Part shown: piece after piece, positions 1 through 9,913 of the stretch
Numbering within the stretch: position 1 is the first letter of the stretch
How the letters are laid out: each line of letters opens with the position of its first letter
Virus record (IMG/VR): IMGVR_UViG_3300046694_000296
Coordinates: 62,001 to 126,000 of that record
DNA: 64,000 bases
Reading direction: 5' to 3' (one strand)
Made by a program: the position numbers and the translations under genes
The notes under the pieces: model-generated
Seen by the model: the letters and a program-made list of their open reading frames with translations, nothing else
The model's database searches: none
Told to the model about the DNA's origin: nothing

Positions 1-1
1 G

Positions 2-1393
2 GGCGGCAAGAGGAAGGGCAGCTTCGCGCCTTATCTCGAAACGTGGCACCCGGACCTTCCCGCCTTCCTGCAGCTGCGCAAGAACACCGGCGACGAGCAT
101 GCCCGCGCGCACGACATTTTCCCGGCGAACTGGATTCCCGACCTGTTCATGGAGCGCGTCGAAGCGAAGGGCAAGTGGCACTTCTTCGATCCGCACAGCT
201 ACCCGGAGCTGCATGAGCTCTACGGCGACGCCTTCAAGGCGCGCTACGAGGAGCTGGAAGCGGCCGGCGCATACGTGGGCGAGGTCGAGGCGCTCTCCCT
301 GTGGAAGGACATGCTGACCGCCTTGTTCGAGACGGGCAATCCGTGGATGACGTTCAAGGACGAAATGAACCGTCGCAATCCGCAGAGCCACGACGGGGTG
401 ATCCACAACTCCAACCTGTGCACCGAGATCGCGCTGAACAACTCGCCGACGGAAACGTTCGTCTGCAACTTGGGCAGCGTCAACGTGGTGCGCGTGAACC
501 CGTTCGACCACCCGAAGCGCTTCCGCGAGGTCATCCAGACCGCGATGCGTATGCTCGATAACGTGATCGACATCAATTACTACCCGAGCGACCGCGCCAA
601 AAAGTCGAACCTGCGTCACCGGCCGGTGGGTCTGGGCCTGATGGGCTTGACCGATCTGATGGCGCAAAAGGGCATCGATTGGGAGTCGCAGGCGTGCCTC
701 ACGATCAACGACGAGTTGCTCGAAGCGCTGTCGTTCCATGCGATCAACGCCTCGGTGGACCTGGCGGTCGAGCGCGGCGCATACAGCACGTTCGTCGGTT
801 CGAAGTGGCATCAGGGCATTCTTCCGATCGATACGGCGCGCGACCAGTCGCAATCCGGCGTGTTCGATTGGGAGGCAACCCGGGCACGCGTGAAGCGCCT
901 CGGGATGCGCAACTGCAACACGATGGCGATCGCACCGACCGCGACGATCAGCAACATCATCGGCGTGACCCCGTGCATCGAGCCGAACTTCGAACTGTTT
1001 TTCTCCAAGAAGAATATGGGCGGCAAGTTCCTCGTGCTCGCACCGTCGCTGCGCTACGCGGCGCCCGGCTACACGGTCAAGACGTGCTTTGACATTGACC
1101 CGGACTGGATCGTGGACGCAGCAGCGCGCCGCCAGAAGTGGATCGACCAGGCACAGTCGACCAACATCTGGATCAAGGCGGGCACGAAGGGCAAGCGCCT
1201 GTCCGACATTTACATCGGTGCGTGGAAGAAGGGCCTGAAAACCACCTACTACCTGCGCAGCCAGTCGGCAGAGGACGCGGACAAGCAGCCCGAACCGACC
1301 TACTCGACGCAGCCGGTGGTCGACGTGATGGAGCAAGACGTCTCGGCGGGCCTGTGCTCGATCGAGAATCCGGACTGCCAGTCCTGCCAGTAA
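2..1393 (+). CDS. nrdA: Ribonucleotide reductase class Ia alpha subunit, 5' end outside window
   Basis: Frame open from base 2 (GGKRKGSFAPYLETWHPD...WIPDLFMER); NSNLCTEI and CNLGSVN active-site motifs, APTATIS, KTTYYLR, C-terminal CxxC (DCQSCQ). Confidence 0.96.
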   Translation, partial: GGKRKGSFAPYLETWHPDLPAFLQLRKNTGDEHARAHDIFPANWIPDLFMERVEAKGKWHFFDPHSYPELHELYGDAFKARYEELEAAGAYVGEVEALSLWKDMLTALFETGNPWMTFKDEMNRRNPQSHDGVIHNSNLCTEIALNNSPTETFVCNLGSVNVVRVNPFDHPKRFREVIQTAMRMLDNVIDINYYPSDRAKKSNLRHRPVGLGLMGLTDLMAQKGIDWESQACLTINDELLEALSFHAINASVDLAVERGAYSTFVGSKWHQGILPIDTARDQSQSGVFDWEATRARVKRLGMRNCNTMAIAPTATISNIIGVTPCIEPNFELFFSKKNMGGKFLVLAPSLRYAAPGYTVKTCFDIDPDWIVDAAARRQKWIDQAQSTNIWIKAGTKGKRLSDIYIGAWKKGLKTTYYLRSQSAEDADKQPEPTYSTQPVVDVMEQDVSAGLCSIENPDCQSCQ

Positions 1394-1406
1394 CCTAAAA
1401 GGAAGG

Positions 1407-1424
1407 GCCGGGAAACCGGCCCTC
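1407..1424 (+). terminator. GC hairpin after nrdA
   Basis: GGGCCGG-GAAA-CCGGCCC directly after the stop; weak U-tract. Confidence 0.45.
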
Positions 1425-1431
1425 GTTACCT

Positions 1432-1695
1432 ATGAGCAATGTCATCGACCTCGGCGCGCGCCGCGCCGCCAAGAAAGCACCCGAACCTATCGCCGAACCC
1501 GCAGCACCGTTGCCCGCGGCAATGGAGCAGGCGATCGAGCAGAACTTCGCGCAGATCGGATTTGCGCACTCGCTCGTCGGCCAGGCGCTTCAGTTCTACG
1601 CCAATCAGGGCTTCGATCATGGTCAGCGCGCACGGACTGCGCTCGCGGCGATGCACGGCGCTATCGAACTCGTTCACGGAGAGTCACAAGCATGA
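1432..1695 (+). CDS. Hypothetical protein between nrdA and nrdB
   Basis: 87 aa ORF, ATGA overlap with nrdB start. Confidence 0.75.
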   Translation: MSNVIDLGARRAAKKAPEPIAEPAAPLPAAMEQAIEQNFAQIGFAHSLVGQALQFYANQGFDHGQRARTALAAMHGAIELVHGESQA

Positions 1696-2681
1696 AAACC
1701 GCAGTTCAGATCATCAACGAACGCCGGCTCGCCTTCGGCCCACGCAGCGAGCTTATGGCAATCTCGCCGGCCAAGCACAAGTGGGCGCGGGACGTCTGGA
1801 AACAGATGCTCGCAAACAATTGGGGGACGCACGAGACGGACCTGACGGAAGACGGCCCGTGCTTTCAGCGCCGGCTCACGGAAGGGGAGAAGTTCGCCTA
1901 CGAGAGCGCGCTCGCGTTCGCCTCGAACCTCGACGGGTTCCAGCTGCACTCGCTCGCCAACGTCGAGGCGTGCATTACCTCGCCCGAGGTGGAGATGTGC
2001 ATCAAACGCCAGATGTTCGAAGAGGCGCTGCACGTCGATGCCTACAGCGAAATGGTCGAGACGATCTCCAGCGACCCGATGTCCGTCTACATGCGCTTCG
2101 AGCGCGACGGCATGCTCGCAGCGAAGAACCAGCACATCCTCGAGCAGAACCATATTCTGAAGGGTGAGCAGACGCCCGCGCAGTTCGCCCGGGCCATCGT
2201 CGCGAACATTGCGCTGGAGGGCATCTACTTCTACAGCGCCTTCCTCGTGTTCTACGCGCTCGCGCGCAACGGGAAGATGACCGGCTCGGCCGACAGTGTG
2301 AAGCTGATCCACCGCGACGAGCGCACGCACCTCGGCTTCTTCAAGAAGATGCACGAGACGTTCATGGCCGAGAACCCGGAAGTCTACGACGCGCAGTTCT
2401 GGTTGGACGCAGAGGCCATCCTGCGCGGCGCTGTGGACCTCGAGGCGCAGTGGGGCGGCTATATCGTCAGCAAGGGCATGCTGGGCCTCACGCCCGTCAT
2501 CGTGCGGGGTTTCCTCGAGACGACGGCGAATGAGCACGCGGTCGATATTGGCCTTGCGCCGCTCTACCCGGATGCGAAAGACCCGGTGCCGTGGTTCGGC
2601 CCGTTCTCGCGTGGCGAGGAATCGAATTTCTTCGAAGCCAAGGTGGGTGACTATGCTGTCGGCACCCTCGATTGGGATTGA
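1692..2681 (+). CDS. nrdB: Ribonucleotide reductase class Ia beta subunit
   Basis: Diiron ligands LDG, EEALH, LEG, DERTH; radical Tyr in HVDAY; NFFE tail. Confidence 0.95.
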   Translation: MKTAVQIINERRLAFGPRSELMAISPAKHKWARDVWKQMLANNWGTHETDLTEDGPCFQRRLTEGEKFAYESALAFASNLDGFQLHSLANVEACITSPEVEMCIKRQMFEEALHVDAYSEMVETISSDPMSVYMRFERDGMLAAKNQHILEQNHILKGEQTPAQFARAIVANIALEGIYFYSAFLVFYALARNGKMTGSADSVKLIHRDERTHLGFFKKMHETFMAENPEVYDAQFWLDAEAILRGAVDLEAQWGGYIVSKGMLGLTPVIVRGFLETTANEHAVDIGLAPLYPDAKDPVPWFGPFSRGEESNFFEAKVGDYAVGTLDWD

Positions 2682-2760
2682 TCCCCGTCACGTATAAGTG
2701 ACGCGTTACTATACTTCTCATTAACCGCCCGGTCGCACGGGCGTTCACTGAAGGAAGAGC

Positions 2761-3171
2761 ATGAGAAAGAAACTGTTGAGCATCCTGGGCCTAGCTGCGC
2801 TGTTCATCCTCACCGCGGCGGTGCTCACAAGCTGCGGGCACCGCGACGACTACGCCTATCAGCAGCCCGTGGTGCAGCAAGCGCCGGTGGTCGCCGCCGC
2901 GCCCATGATGGTCGCGCCCGCTCCGGTAACGGTCGTTGCCGCGACGCCTGCGCATGACGGGTTCCTAACGGGCATGTTGATGGGCCACCTCCTCTCGAAC
3001 GGCGGCCCGAGTTACCACCCGCCGGTCTACCAGCGTGACATTCACCACAACACGACGATCGTCCAGCGCAATACCACGATCGTGCGGCCCGCGATTGCAG
3101 CGCCGCGTGCCAACACCTACGTCTATCGCCCATCCCGCAGCACGACCTTCGGATCGTTCAAACGTCGATAG
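2761..3171 (+). CDS. Putative lipoprotein
   Basis: Basic N-terminus, hydrophobic signal, lipobox LTSC, Pro/Val/Ala low-complexity body. Confidence 0.7.
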   Translation: MRKKLLSILGLAALFILTAAVLTSCGHRDDYAYQQPVVQQAPVVAAAPMMVAPAPVTVVAATPAHDGFLTGMLMGHLLSNGGPSYHPPVYQRDIHHNTTIVQRNTTIVRPAIAAPRANTYVYRPSRSTTFGSFKRR

Positions 3172-3295
3172 TCGCGCCAGCAGTCTGATTTGAGAATGTA
3201 GGTCGGGCGCAATGCCCGACCCAATCGAGAGGTTCCATCGACGTCGCGCACCGGAAGGTGGCGAGCTCAATGCAGTCTTTCAACCAGGAGCACAC

Positions 3296-3982
3296 ATGCA
3301 AGACAACGCCATCAAACTGTTGGACCACGGCCACATTCGCCTCGTCGAGTCGATGGGCTCGGACCTGTCGATCGTCCGCAACGCCCGCGTGAGCTACGAC
3401 GCCGAATGGCGCACGGGCGAGGACGCCGGCAAAGATGCCAAGCTGATCGACTACCTCGTCAAGAACCGCCACACCAGCCCTTTCGAGGCCGTGACCTTCA
3501 CCTTCGACGTGAAGGCGCCTATTTTTGTGTTCCGCCAGTGGCACCGGCATCGCACGGCGGCCTACAACGAAATCTCTGGGCGATACGCCGAGCTGCCGGA
3601 GGAGTTCTACGTCCCGATCCTCGCTGACATTACGGAGCAGTCGTCGTCCAACAAGCAGATGCGCACGGACACGCAGCACCCGATGGCGCAAGAGTTCGCC
3701 GACATTATTCGCTCAACCTGCGAGCAAGCCTTCAGGCAATACCACTACCTGATCGAGAACGGCTGTCCGCGCGAACTCGCGCGCTCGGTGCTCCCGCTCG
3801 GCACCTACAGCCATATGTTCTGCACCGTCTCGCTGCACAACCTTATGCACTTCCTGGGCTTGCGTCTGCACTCGCACGCGCAGAAGGAGATCCGCGTCTA
3901 CGCCGAAGCGATGCTGGAGCTGATCGAGCCGGTCGTGCCGGTGGCGGTCGCCGCATACCGTAAGCATCGCATCGCCCATTAA
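3296..3982 (+). CDS. thyX: FAD-dependent thymidylate synthase
   Basis: HTSPFE, RQWHRHRTAAYNEISGRY ThyX motif, ELARSVLP; AGGAG RBS before ATG 3296. Confidence 0.96.
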   Translation: MQDNAIKLLDHGHIRLVESMGSDLSIVRNARVSYDAEWRTGEDAGKDAKLIDYLVKNRHTSPFEAVTFTFDVKAPIFVFRQWHRHRTAAYNEISGRYAELPEEFYVPILADITEQSSSNKQMRTDTQHPMAQEFADIIRSTCEQAFRQYHYLIENGCPRELARSVLPLGTYSHMFCTVSLHNLMHFLGLRLHSHAQKEIRVYAEAMLELIEPVVPVAVAAYRKHRIAH

Positions 3983-4062
3983 ACGCATCGGTATTGCCTC
4001 ACTATACTGATAAGTAACCCGTTACACACGGTGCAAACCAAACAACCACAGGAGTAAAACAC

Positions 4063-4734
4063 ATGACGCAAGCCGCAAACACGCTGGACAACGCCACCTA
4101 CCGCACCGAAGTCCTCTCGACCGAATCGAAGCCCGAGTCGATCAACTTCGGCCCGGCCACGCTGCTGATGGCGCTGAGCCTCGCGGTGCAAGCCGGCAAC
4201 CTGCTCGATCAGGTGAAGCGCGCGGTGTTCTACGGCAAGCAGCTGGACCCGAAGGTGACGGGCGAGGCGCTGCAGGCGATCCCGGCGATGGTCAAGGACA
4301 TCAGCTTCCCGCTCGCCACCGGCCGCTACCTCGATCCGCGCGACGTTGACTTTTTCCCGGGCATTGAAGGCGAAGCCCGCAAGGCACTGTCGCTGCAAGG
4401 CGTGGACGTGCGCCTGCTGCACGCAGCGGTCGGCCAGTTCACCGAGTCGTCCGAGTTCATCGAGGCGCTGATCCCGACGTTCTTCGGCACGCCGGTCGAC
4501 AAGGTGAACCTGCTGGAAGAGCAGGGCGATAGTTCATGGTATGGCGAGATCGCGCTCGACGCGCTCGGCTACAGCCGCGAGCAGTGCAATTTCACCAACA
4601 TCAAGAAGCTGAAGGACAAGAAGGCGGGCCGCTACCAGAAGGGCGCATTCGATCCGAACGCTGCGATCAACCGTGACACGACCGCCGAGCGTGCGCTGCT
4701 CGAAGCAGGCGCTGATGCACCGGCGGCCGCCTGA
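4063..4734 (+). CDS. MazG-like nucleotide pyrophosphohydrolase
   Basis: LLHAAVG..TESSE, NLLEEQGD..WY, NIKKL, RY..G.F..AAINRD pattern. Confidence 0.75.
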   Translation: MTQAANTLDNATYRTEVLSTESKPESINFGPATLLMALSLAVQAGNLLDQVKRAVFYGKQLDPKVTGEALQAIPAMVKDISFPLATGRYLDPRDVDFFPGIEGEARKALSLQGVDVRLLHAAVGQFTESSEFIEALIPTFFGTPVDKVNLLEEQGDSSWYGEIALDALGYSREQCNFTNIKKLKDKKAGRYQKGAFDPNAAINRDTTAERALLEAGADAPAAA

Positions 4735-5360
4735 TGATCGGCCTCGCGGGCAGCCAAAGGGTTGGCAAGAGCACGCTCGCGAAGGCGTATGCGGAGGAGT
4801 CCGGGGTGAAGTTCGTCGCCACCGGCGCCTCCGCAACGTTTCAGCGTCTCGGCCTGGACCCGAAAAGGGACTACGACTTCGCTACGCGCCTGCGCATTCA
4901 GCGCGAGATCCTCGCCGACTGTGACCGGTTGTATGAGAAGAGCGGCACGCGGTTCATCACCGACCGCACGCCGATCGACTTTCTCGGTTACACGCTCGCC
5001 GATGTCACGCGCGAGAACGTGCGCGGGAAGCTCGACGCGGAGCTGCGCCGCTACATCGTGGATTGCTATGCGTGCGCCAACAAGCACTTCACGGTGCTGG
5101 TGCTGGTGCAGCCGGGCATCGCGCTGATCGAAGAAGAAGGGAAGGCTCCGGCCAACCCGAGCTACATGGAGCATCTGAACGCGCTGATGCTGGGGCTGAT
5201 GGCCGACGACACGCTGCACTGCGACCACTACAAGATTCCGCGCCGGGCGATCGAGCTTGAGGTGCGGATCACTGCGGTCGAGGAAGCGGTGCGCAAGTCC
5301 GCGCAGCGCCACATCGCGAAGATGGAAAAGTTGCACGAAGACGGGCTGGTGCTGCACTAG
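4734..5360 (+). CDS. P-loop nucleotide kinase-like protein
   Basis: N-terminal Walker A GSQRVGKST, DRTPIDF motif; coupled to the MazG-like gene. Confidence 0.7.
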   Translation: MIGLAGSQRVGKSTLAKAYAEESGVKFVATGASATFQRLGLDPKRDYDFATRLRIQREILADCDRLYEKSGTRFITDRTPIDFLGYTLADVTRENVRGKLDAELRRYIVDCYACANKHFTVLVLVQPGIALIEEEGKAPANPSYMEHLNALMLGLMADDTLHCDHYKIPRRAIELEVRITAVEEAVRKSAQRHIAKMEKLHEDGLVLH

Positions 5361-5364
5361 CCGA

Positions 5365-5403
5365 GAAAGGGAACCGACAATATCAATCAGTCGGTTCCCT
5401 TTC
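5365..5403. terminator. Probable bidirectional intrinsic terminator
   Basis: 14-bp perfect stem GAAAGGGAACCGAC / GTCGGTTCCCTTTC with 11-nt loop. Confidence 0.7.
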
Positions 5404-5429
5404 AAATCAACCAATTACACGAGGACAAC

Positions 5430-6047
5430 ATGACGCAGAACGTCAAGCTCACGAACCATATCCGCGACCAGATCATCGACAACGCCTTGAAGGGCGCATT
5501 CGAGAAGGAACAGAAGGCGAACAAGGCTCGCCTCACGAAGTTCGCCGACAAGTGCTACCGCATGGTGGTGAGCGCGGCGCAAGAGAAGGCTGCGCGCCAG
5601 GCGCCGGACGAGTTCCTGAACCTCTGCAACATCGCGCGCCTCAATCTGAAAGACGATCAGGGTTACAACAAATTCACGGCCTGGAGCGTGGATCTGTCGC
5701 GCGTGGTTCCGTTCCCGAGCGGCAGCACGACGCTCACGATTAAGAGCAATGCGATCGCCGAAGAATATCGCGCCATCGACGCAGAGAGCGACGCGCTGAC
5801 CGAAAAGCGCAAGCAACTCAAGGAAAGCCTCAAGCGCACGGTCTACAGCACGTCCTCGCTGAAGAAGCTGATCGAGATGTGGCCCGAGGTGGAAGGATTC
5901 CTGCCGGAATCCCTCTCCGCGCCGAAGCCGATGCTGCCCGCGCTGCCGGTGGGTGATCTGAATGCCGCGCTGAAAGCCGCCGGCGTCAAGGTGGGTGTGA
6001 TCGTCGCGCCGAAAGCAACGGGCGGCCTCGTGGCCGTAGCAGCATGA
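5430..6047 (+). CDS. Nmad5-like (nucleotide modification associated domain 5) protein
   Basis: KLTNHIRDQIIDNA start and KLIEMWPEVEGFLP end match my recollection of the family; not searched. Confidence 0.6.
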   Translation: MTQNVKLTNHIRDQIIDNALKGAFEKEQKANKARLTKFADKCYRMVVSAAQEKAARQAPDEFLNLCNIARLNLKDDQGYNKFTAWSVDLSRVVPFPSGSTTLTIKSNAIAEEYRAIDAESDALTEKRKQLKESLKRTVYSTSSLKKLIEMWPEVEGFLPESLSAPKPMLPALPVGDLNAALKAAGVKVGVIVAPKATGGLVAVAA

Positions 6048-6508
6048 CACCCGCCGAGCTCGCAGTCCTGCAAGGGCTCAACAGCGAGCCGCCGACGATA
6101 CGCGAGGAGCTGGAGCGCAAGGTCACGGAAGAGGTCGAGCGCGTGATCCTCGCCGTGCGCGCGGGCAAGATGAGCACCTACGGCTACCACCAGGCGCTCG
6201 AAGGGCTCTGGGGCGGTGTGGCGGGGCTCGTCTCGAAAGAGTCGATGGAGCTCATCACCGAGGCCCGCCGCGCGCATACGGCCGCGCCGAACATGACGCT
6301 GCGATCGGTCATCGTGATCGGTGAGGCGGTTGCCGTCGTGAAGTGGACGGTCGGCAGCGATACGGTCGAGACGATGGTGAAAAAGCCCGGCACACCGCCG
6401 ACGCTCGTCGCCCGCAAGGTCGAGGACGGCTCGGCGCTCACCGCGCTGCGCTACTACGCAGAAGCCAACAAGAAGTTCCGGGGCATGCCCGGGGCACAGG
6501 AGTTTTGA
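6044..6508 (+). CDS. Hypothetical protein
   Basis: 154 aa, ATGA overlap with upstream gene. Confidence 0.75.
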   Translation: MTPAELAVLQGLNSEPPTIREELERKVTEEVERVILAVRAGKMSTYGYHQALEGLWGGVAGLVSKESMELITEARRAHTAAPNMTLRSVIVIGEAVAVVKWTVGSDTVETMVKKPGTPPTLVARKVEDGSALTALRYYAEANKKFRGMPGAQEF

Positions 6509-6510
6509 AC

Positions 6511-6849
6511 GTGACGAAAGACGAGAAGTTTGCGATGGCTGGGTTGGCAGCAGCCGAGTGGCAACAGGTTCTCAGTGAGACGGTGCGCAACGACACGCCG
6601 GGCGCCGGGCTGTTCACCGGCAAGCTGGTCATCGACCCGGCCGTGTTGCAGCCTTCGGTCACGTTCCGCGCGCAGGGAATGCAGACGATTCTGCATGTGA
6701 CTCACGACGGCGCATTCAGCTGGCACCCGGACGCGGACGCTCTGATCGAGGCGATGGTGAAGGACGAGTGGAACAAGGCGACCATGCACCTCCTCAAGCG
6801 CCTGCGCCGCTTCGAACAGATCGCGAAGTCCGTCGAAGCGCATTTCTGA
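6511..6849 (+). CDS. Hypothetical protein
   Basis: GTG start after AGGAG, phage-like codon use. Confidence 0.65.
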   Translation: MTKDEKFAMAGLAAAEWQQVLSETVRNDTPGAGLFTGKLVIDPAVLQPSVTFRAQGMQTILHVTHDGAFSWHPDADALIEAMVKDEWNKATMHLLKRLRRFEQIAKSVEAHF

Positions 6850-6914
6850 TTCCAATCGCTCACGCTACTATACTGGTAAGTAACACATTACCAACCACTT
6901 ATTACAGAGGGAAC

Positions 6915-7382
6915 ATGACCACAACGATTTCGGCGATGCGTCTTGATGTCGCCAACCTCGTGCAGCGCGCCGACGAGATTCCGTTGAAGCGCGACGAGGA
7001 CTTGCTCTACACGATCCTGGGCGAGCTCCAGAACCGCAGCGACAGTGAAAAGCAGGCGATCTTCGCGCAGTCGCGCAAGGGCGGCGGGGTGTTCCTGTTC
7101 GAGAGCCGGAACTTTCCGGGCCACATCGCTGAATACATTCCCGGGATCGTCGAGACGGACAGCATTTCGTGCCTGTTCACACCGCACCCGCTGCTCGCCG
7201 AAGCGCGCGTGTTGCTCAAGTTCCGCGAGGAGCTGATCGAAGCCATCGAGCGCGTGCAGCAAGCCGCACCCGGTTCGCTGAAGAAAGCCGACCCGGGCCG
7301 CCAGCGCGCCGTGTTCCTGCCGGAGATGTCCACGCTGCAGCTCGCCGACACGCTGCGCGAACTGGGCCGCGTGAAGCTCTAA
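6915..7382 (+). CDS. Hypothetical protein
   Basis: GAGGG RBS, own TATACT -10 at 6869. Confidence 0.75.
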   Translation: MTTTISAMRLDVANLVQRADEIPLKRDEDLLYTILGELQNRSDSEKQAIFAQSRKGGGVFLFESRNFPGHIAEYIPGIVETDSISCLFTPHPLLAEARVLLKFREELIEAIERVQQAAPGSLKKADPGRQRAVFLPEMSTLQLADTLRELGRVKL

Positions 7383-7450
7383 ACCTCAAAACCGAAAATC
7401 CGCGCCGCGCGCGGACCCGACTTTTCACCACCTATAAGGATCTACCCATC

Positions 7451-7846
7451 ATGGCAAACCTCATTAAGCGCATCGTCAAGGCGCAATACGAAACCAGCGA
7501 CGGCCAAACCTTCGAGAGCAAGGTTGACGCGATGAAGCACCAGGCTGACCTGGACCGCGTGCGCAAGGTCATGGACCTGCTGACCGCCAACCTGCAGTTC
7601 CGCACCGTGGGCGCGTGCGATTACCTCGCCGACAGCACCACGGTCAACGAGGTCGCCACGTTCATCGTGGACAACGCCGATGCGCTGCGCGAGATCCTCC
7701 CGAAGCGCGCCAAGAGCCTCGTCGCCGAAGAACCGCCGGTCAACGACCCGGCGACACCGCTGACCGCTGAAGAGGCGCTGCTGCCCTACAACCCGGTCCT
7801 GAACGGCAACGGCAACGTCAGCGACGCTGCGCTCGCAAACGCGTAA
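7451..7846 (+). CDS. Hypothetical protein
   Basis: AAGGA RBS, followed by terminator. Confidence 0.75.
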   Translation: MANLIKRIVKAQYETSDGQTFESKVDAMKHQADLDRVRKVMDLLTANLQFRTVGACDYLADSTTVNEVATFIVDNADALREILPKRAKSLVAEEPPVNDPATPLTAEEALLPYNPVLNGNGNVSDAALANA

Positions 7847-7873
7847 GCGCCTCACCGCAGCAGCACCAATCCA

Positions 7874-7900
7874 AAAGGGCGCCATCGAGCGCCCTTTATT
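7874..7900 (+). terminator. Intrinsic terminator
   Basis: AAAGGGCGC-CATCGA-GCGCCCTTTATT. Confidence 0.7.
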
Positions 7901-8061
7901 CACGGACATCTTTCACGGACATCTGGGCCATCGACGTCGATCAGCGCCTCATCGATATTTTCATGCTCCACGCGGGAATGGTCGATCCGATCTGAATATC
8001 GAACGGGCCAAGATTCGCCCACTATACTAAGTAACAAGTAAGTTACTAATTTGAGGTGAAA

Positions 8062-8637
8062 ATGACGATTATCGTAGGGGGCGACATCGAGACAACGGGC
8101 CTCGATCAGTCCGCGGGCCACCGCATCATCGAAATCGCGCTGACGCTCCACGAGTTCGAAACCGAGAAGTTCCTGGGCAAATACGTCCAGCGCTGCAACC
8201 CCCAACGCCCCATCGATCCTGACGCGCAGCGCGTGCACGGGATCACCTTCGAGCAGCTGGCGCACGAGCCGACGTGGGAACAGGTCGCGCCGAACGTGCA
8301 CCGCGTGCTGTCGGCCGCGAAATACTTCGCCGGGCACAACGTGATCGGCTTCGACTGGCCGTTCATCACGGGCGAGTTCAAGCGCATCGGCATGGCCGCA
8401 CCGGGGCTGGAGTTGATCGACACGATGGTTGGCGCCCGCTGGGCGACGCCGCTCGGCAAGCTTCCGAATTTGGGCGAGCTTTGCTTCGCAACGGGGATTC
8501 CGTATGACCCGAGCCAAGCGCACGGTGCCTTATACGACATCGACGTCAACATGCAGGCTTACTTCGCCGCGCGCCGCATGGGCTTCTTCGGCCCGCAGAT
8601 CATTCAACCCGTTCCCCCAATCCTGGAGGCAGCATGA
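8062..8637 (+). CDS. DEDDh 3'-5' exonuclease (DnaQ/epsilon-like)
   Basis: DIETTG, GHNVIGFD, IDT, HGALYD motifs. Confidence 0.92.
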   Translation: MTIIVGGDIETTGLDQSAGHRIIEIALTLHEFETEKFLGKYVQRCNPQRPIDPDAQRVHGITFEQLAHEPTWEQVAPNVHRVLSAAKYFAGHNVIGFDWPFITGEFKRIGMAAPGLELIDTMVGARWATPLGKLPNLGELCFATGIPYDPSQAHGALYDIDVNMQAYFAARRMGFFGPQIIQPVPPILEAA

Positions 8638-8951
8638 GCGAGCGCACACCGGGTCCACTGGTGCTCGGCAAGATGGGCGTAATCAAGGGAGGGCCAATTC
8701 ACCACTTCACGAACGGCAGTGACCAGTCGCAGCTTTTCATGGCGATGGCCGGCATCGACATGCCGCACACCGAGCGCGACGCGAACGCCGTCCACATGGT
8801 CATGTGCTGGAACACGCACGACGAACTGGTTGCGGCGCTGCATGAGCTCCGCGAGCTCGTGGCGAACGATTGCGAAGTGAGCGACGCGAGCCGGGCCGCC
8901 TACCGGGCCGCGCTCGATCGTGCAGACATTGTTCTCGCCGAGGTGCCCTAA
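8634..8951 (+). CDS. Hypothetical protein
   Basis: 105 aa, ATGA overlap. Confidence 0.7.
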   Translation: MSERTPGPLVLGKMGVIKGGPIHHFTNGSDQSQLFMAMAGIDMPHTERDANAVHMVMCWNTHDELVAALHELRELVANDCEVSDASRAAYRAALDRADIVLAEVP

Positions 8952-9620
8952 TGCTGGTCAGCGTGTTCGCCGACGCCTCGTTCGACCCCTGAGACACGCG
9001 CGGGCGGCTTTGGCTGCTGGTCAAAGTCCCTGCGGGGCCGGCACTCGGGTGGTGCGCCTTTTAAGAGCCTTGCGCGTAACAACGTAGTCGCGGAGATGAT
9101 GGCGTGCCTAAACGGCGTTCACCTTGCCTTCGTGCACTTGATTGCATGTCCGGGAGACACGATTCTCATTCAAACGGATTGCACGCCTGCTATTGCAGCG
9201 TTCGAAGGGAGGCGTATCCTCCAAGAAGACGAGCAAGTTATCGTCGACGGCCTGCGGACGTTGCTGCAAATCAAGAGCGCTACGGTGCGATGGAAGCACG
9301 TTAAAGCGCAGACGAACGGGGATCAGCCGCGTCTGTGGGTCAATAACCATTGCGACCACCTAGCGAAGAAGGGGATGCGCGAGGCACGGGCTCAAGCGCG
9401 CGCGAAGGCAGACGAGCGTTCGAAAAAGCGAGAATCCCGGAGAGCGGATAGGATGCTCGACCAAAACAACAGGCGCACGTTCGCGTTTGGTTTCAGTGAA
9501 GAGGAGTGGAACAACTATGTTATGGACCCCAGCCTTTCATCAATACCGCCTTGGGAAGAACAAGAGCCGGCTCAACAGCCTGTGGCTGGGCACCATCTGG
9601 GCGTTTCTCACGCTGCCTGA
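8951..9620 (+). CDS. RNase H-like protein interrupted by a +1 frameshift at CCC-TGA (programmed shift, pseudogene or sequence error)
   Basis: Frame 0 MLVSVFADASFDP stops at TGA 8990; +1 frame continues ETRAGGFGCW...AEMMA...IQTDC...KHVKAQ...NNHCDHLAK, giving a complete D-E-D-D set. Confidence 0.75.
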
Positions 9621-9913
9621 GATCCTGCTGTTCAATCTCTTGGTGCCCGCGTTTTCGAACCCGAAGGTGGCGCATTTACGGCTGCTCTCGACCGTGGTGC
9701 TCCTCATCAAGTTACCTCTATTCGGGCTGCTTGGTCAGGTGAGCTCGGAGGACGTGACGATTGAGGAATTAGCGAAACGTCTGAGGTCGGTCCAATAAGC
9801 AGTCTGTAGTCTGTAATTGCAATTGAGTGCACAGGGTTAAGCGCTAAGGCGCTTTTGTTTTAGCCTCGTGCCTAAGTAATAGCTTACTCATACACTAATA
9901 GGTGGAGAGGCTC

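Noticed and set aside
4063-5360. Z-genome (2-aminoadenine) or 7-deazaguanine pathway
   Set aside because: No PurZ, DatZ, QueCDE, FolE or DpdA visible in the window; MazG-like genes alone do not indicate it
7899-7924. 13-bp tandem duplication TTCACGGACATCT
   Set aside because: Single short duplication after a terminator with no mobile element beside it; likely slippage or an old scar
9487-9798. Hydrophobic ORF overlapping the RNase H 3' end
   Set aside because: No clear RBS and a long overlap; could be a remnant of an inserted fragment but not supportable as a gene
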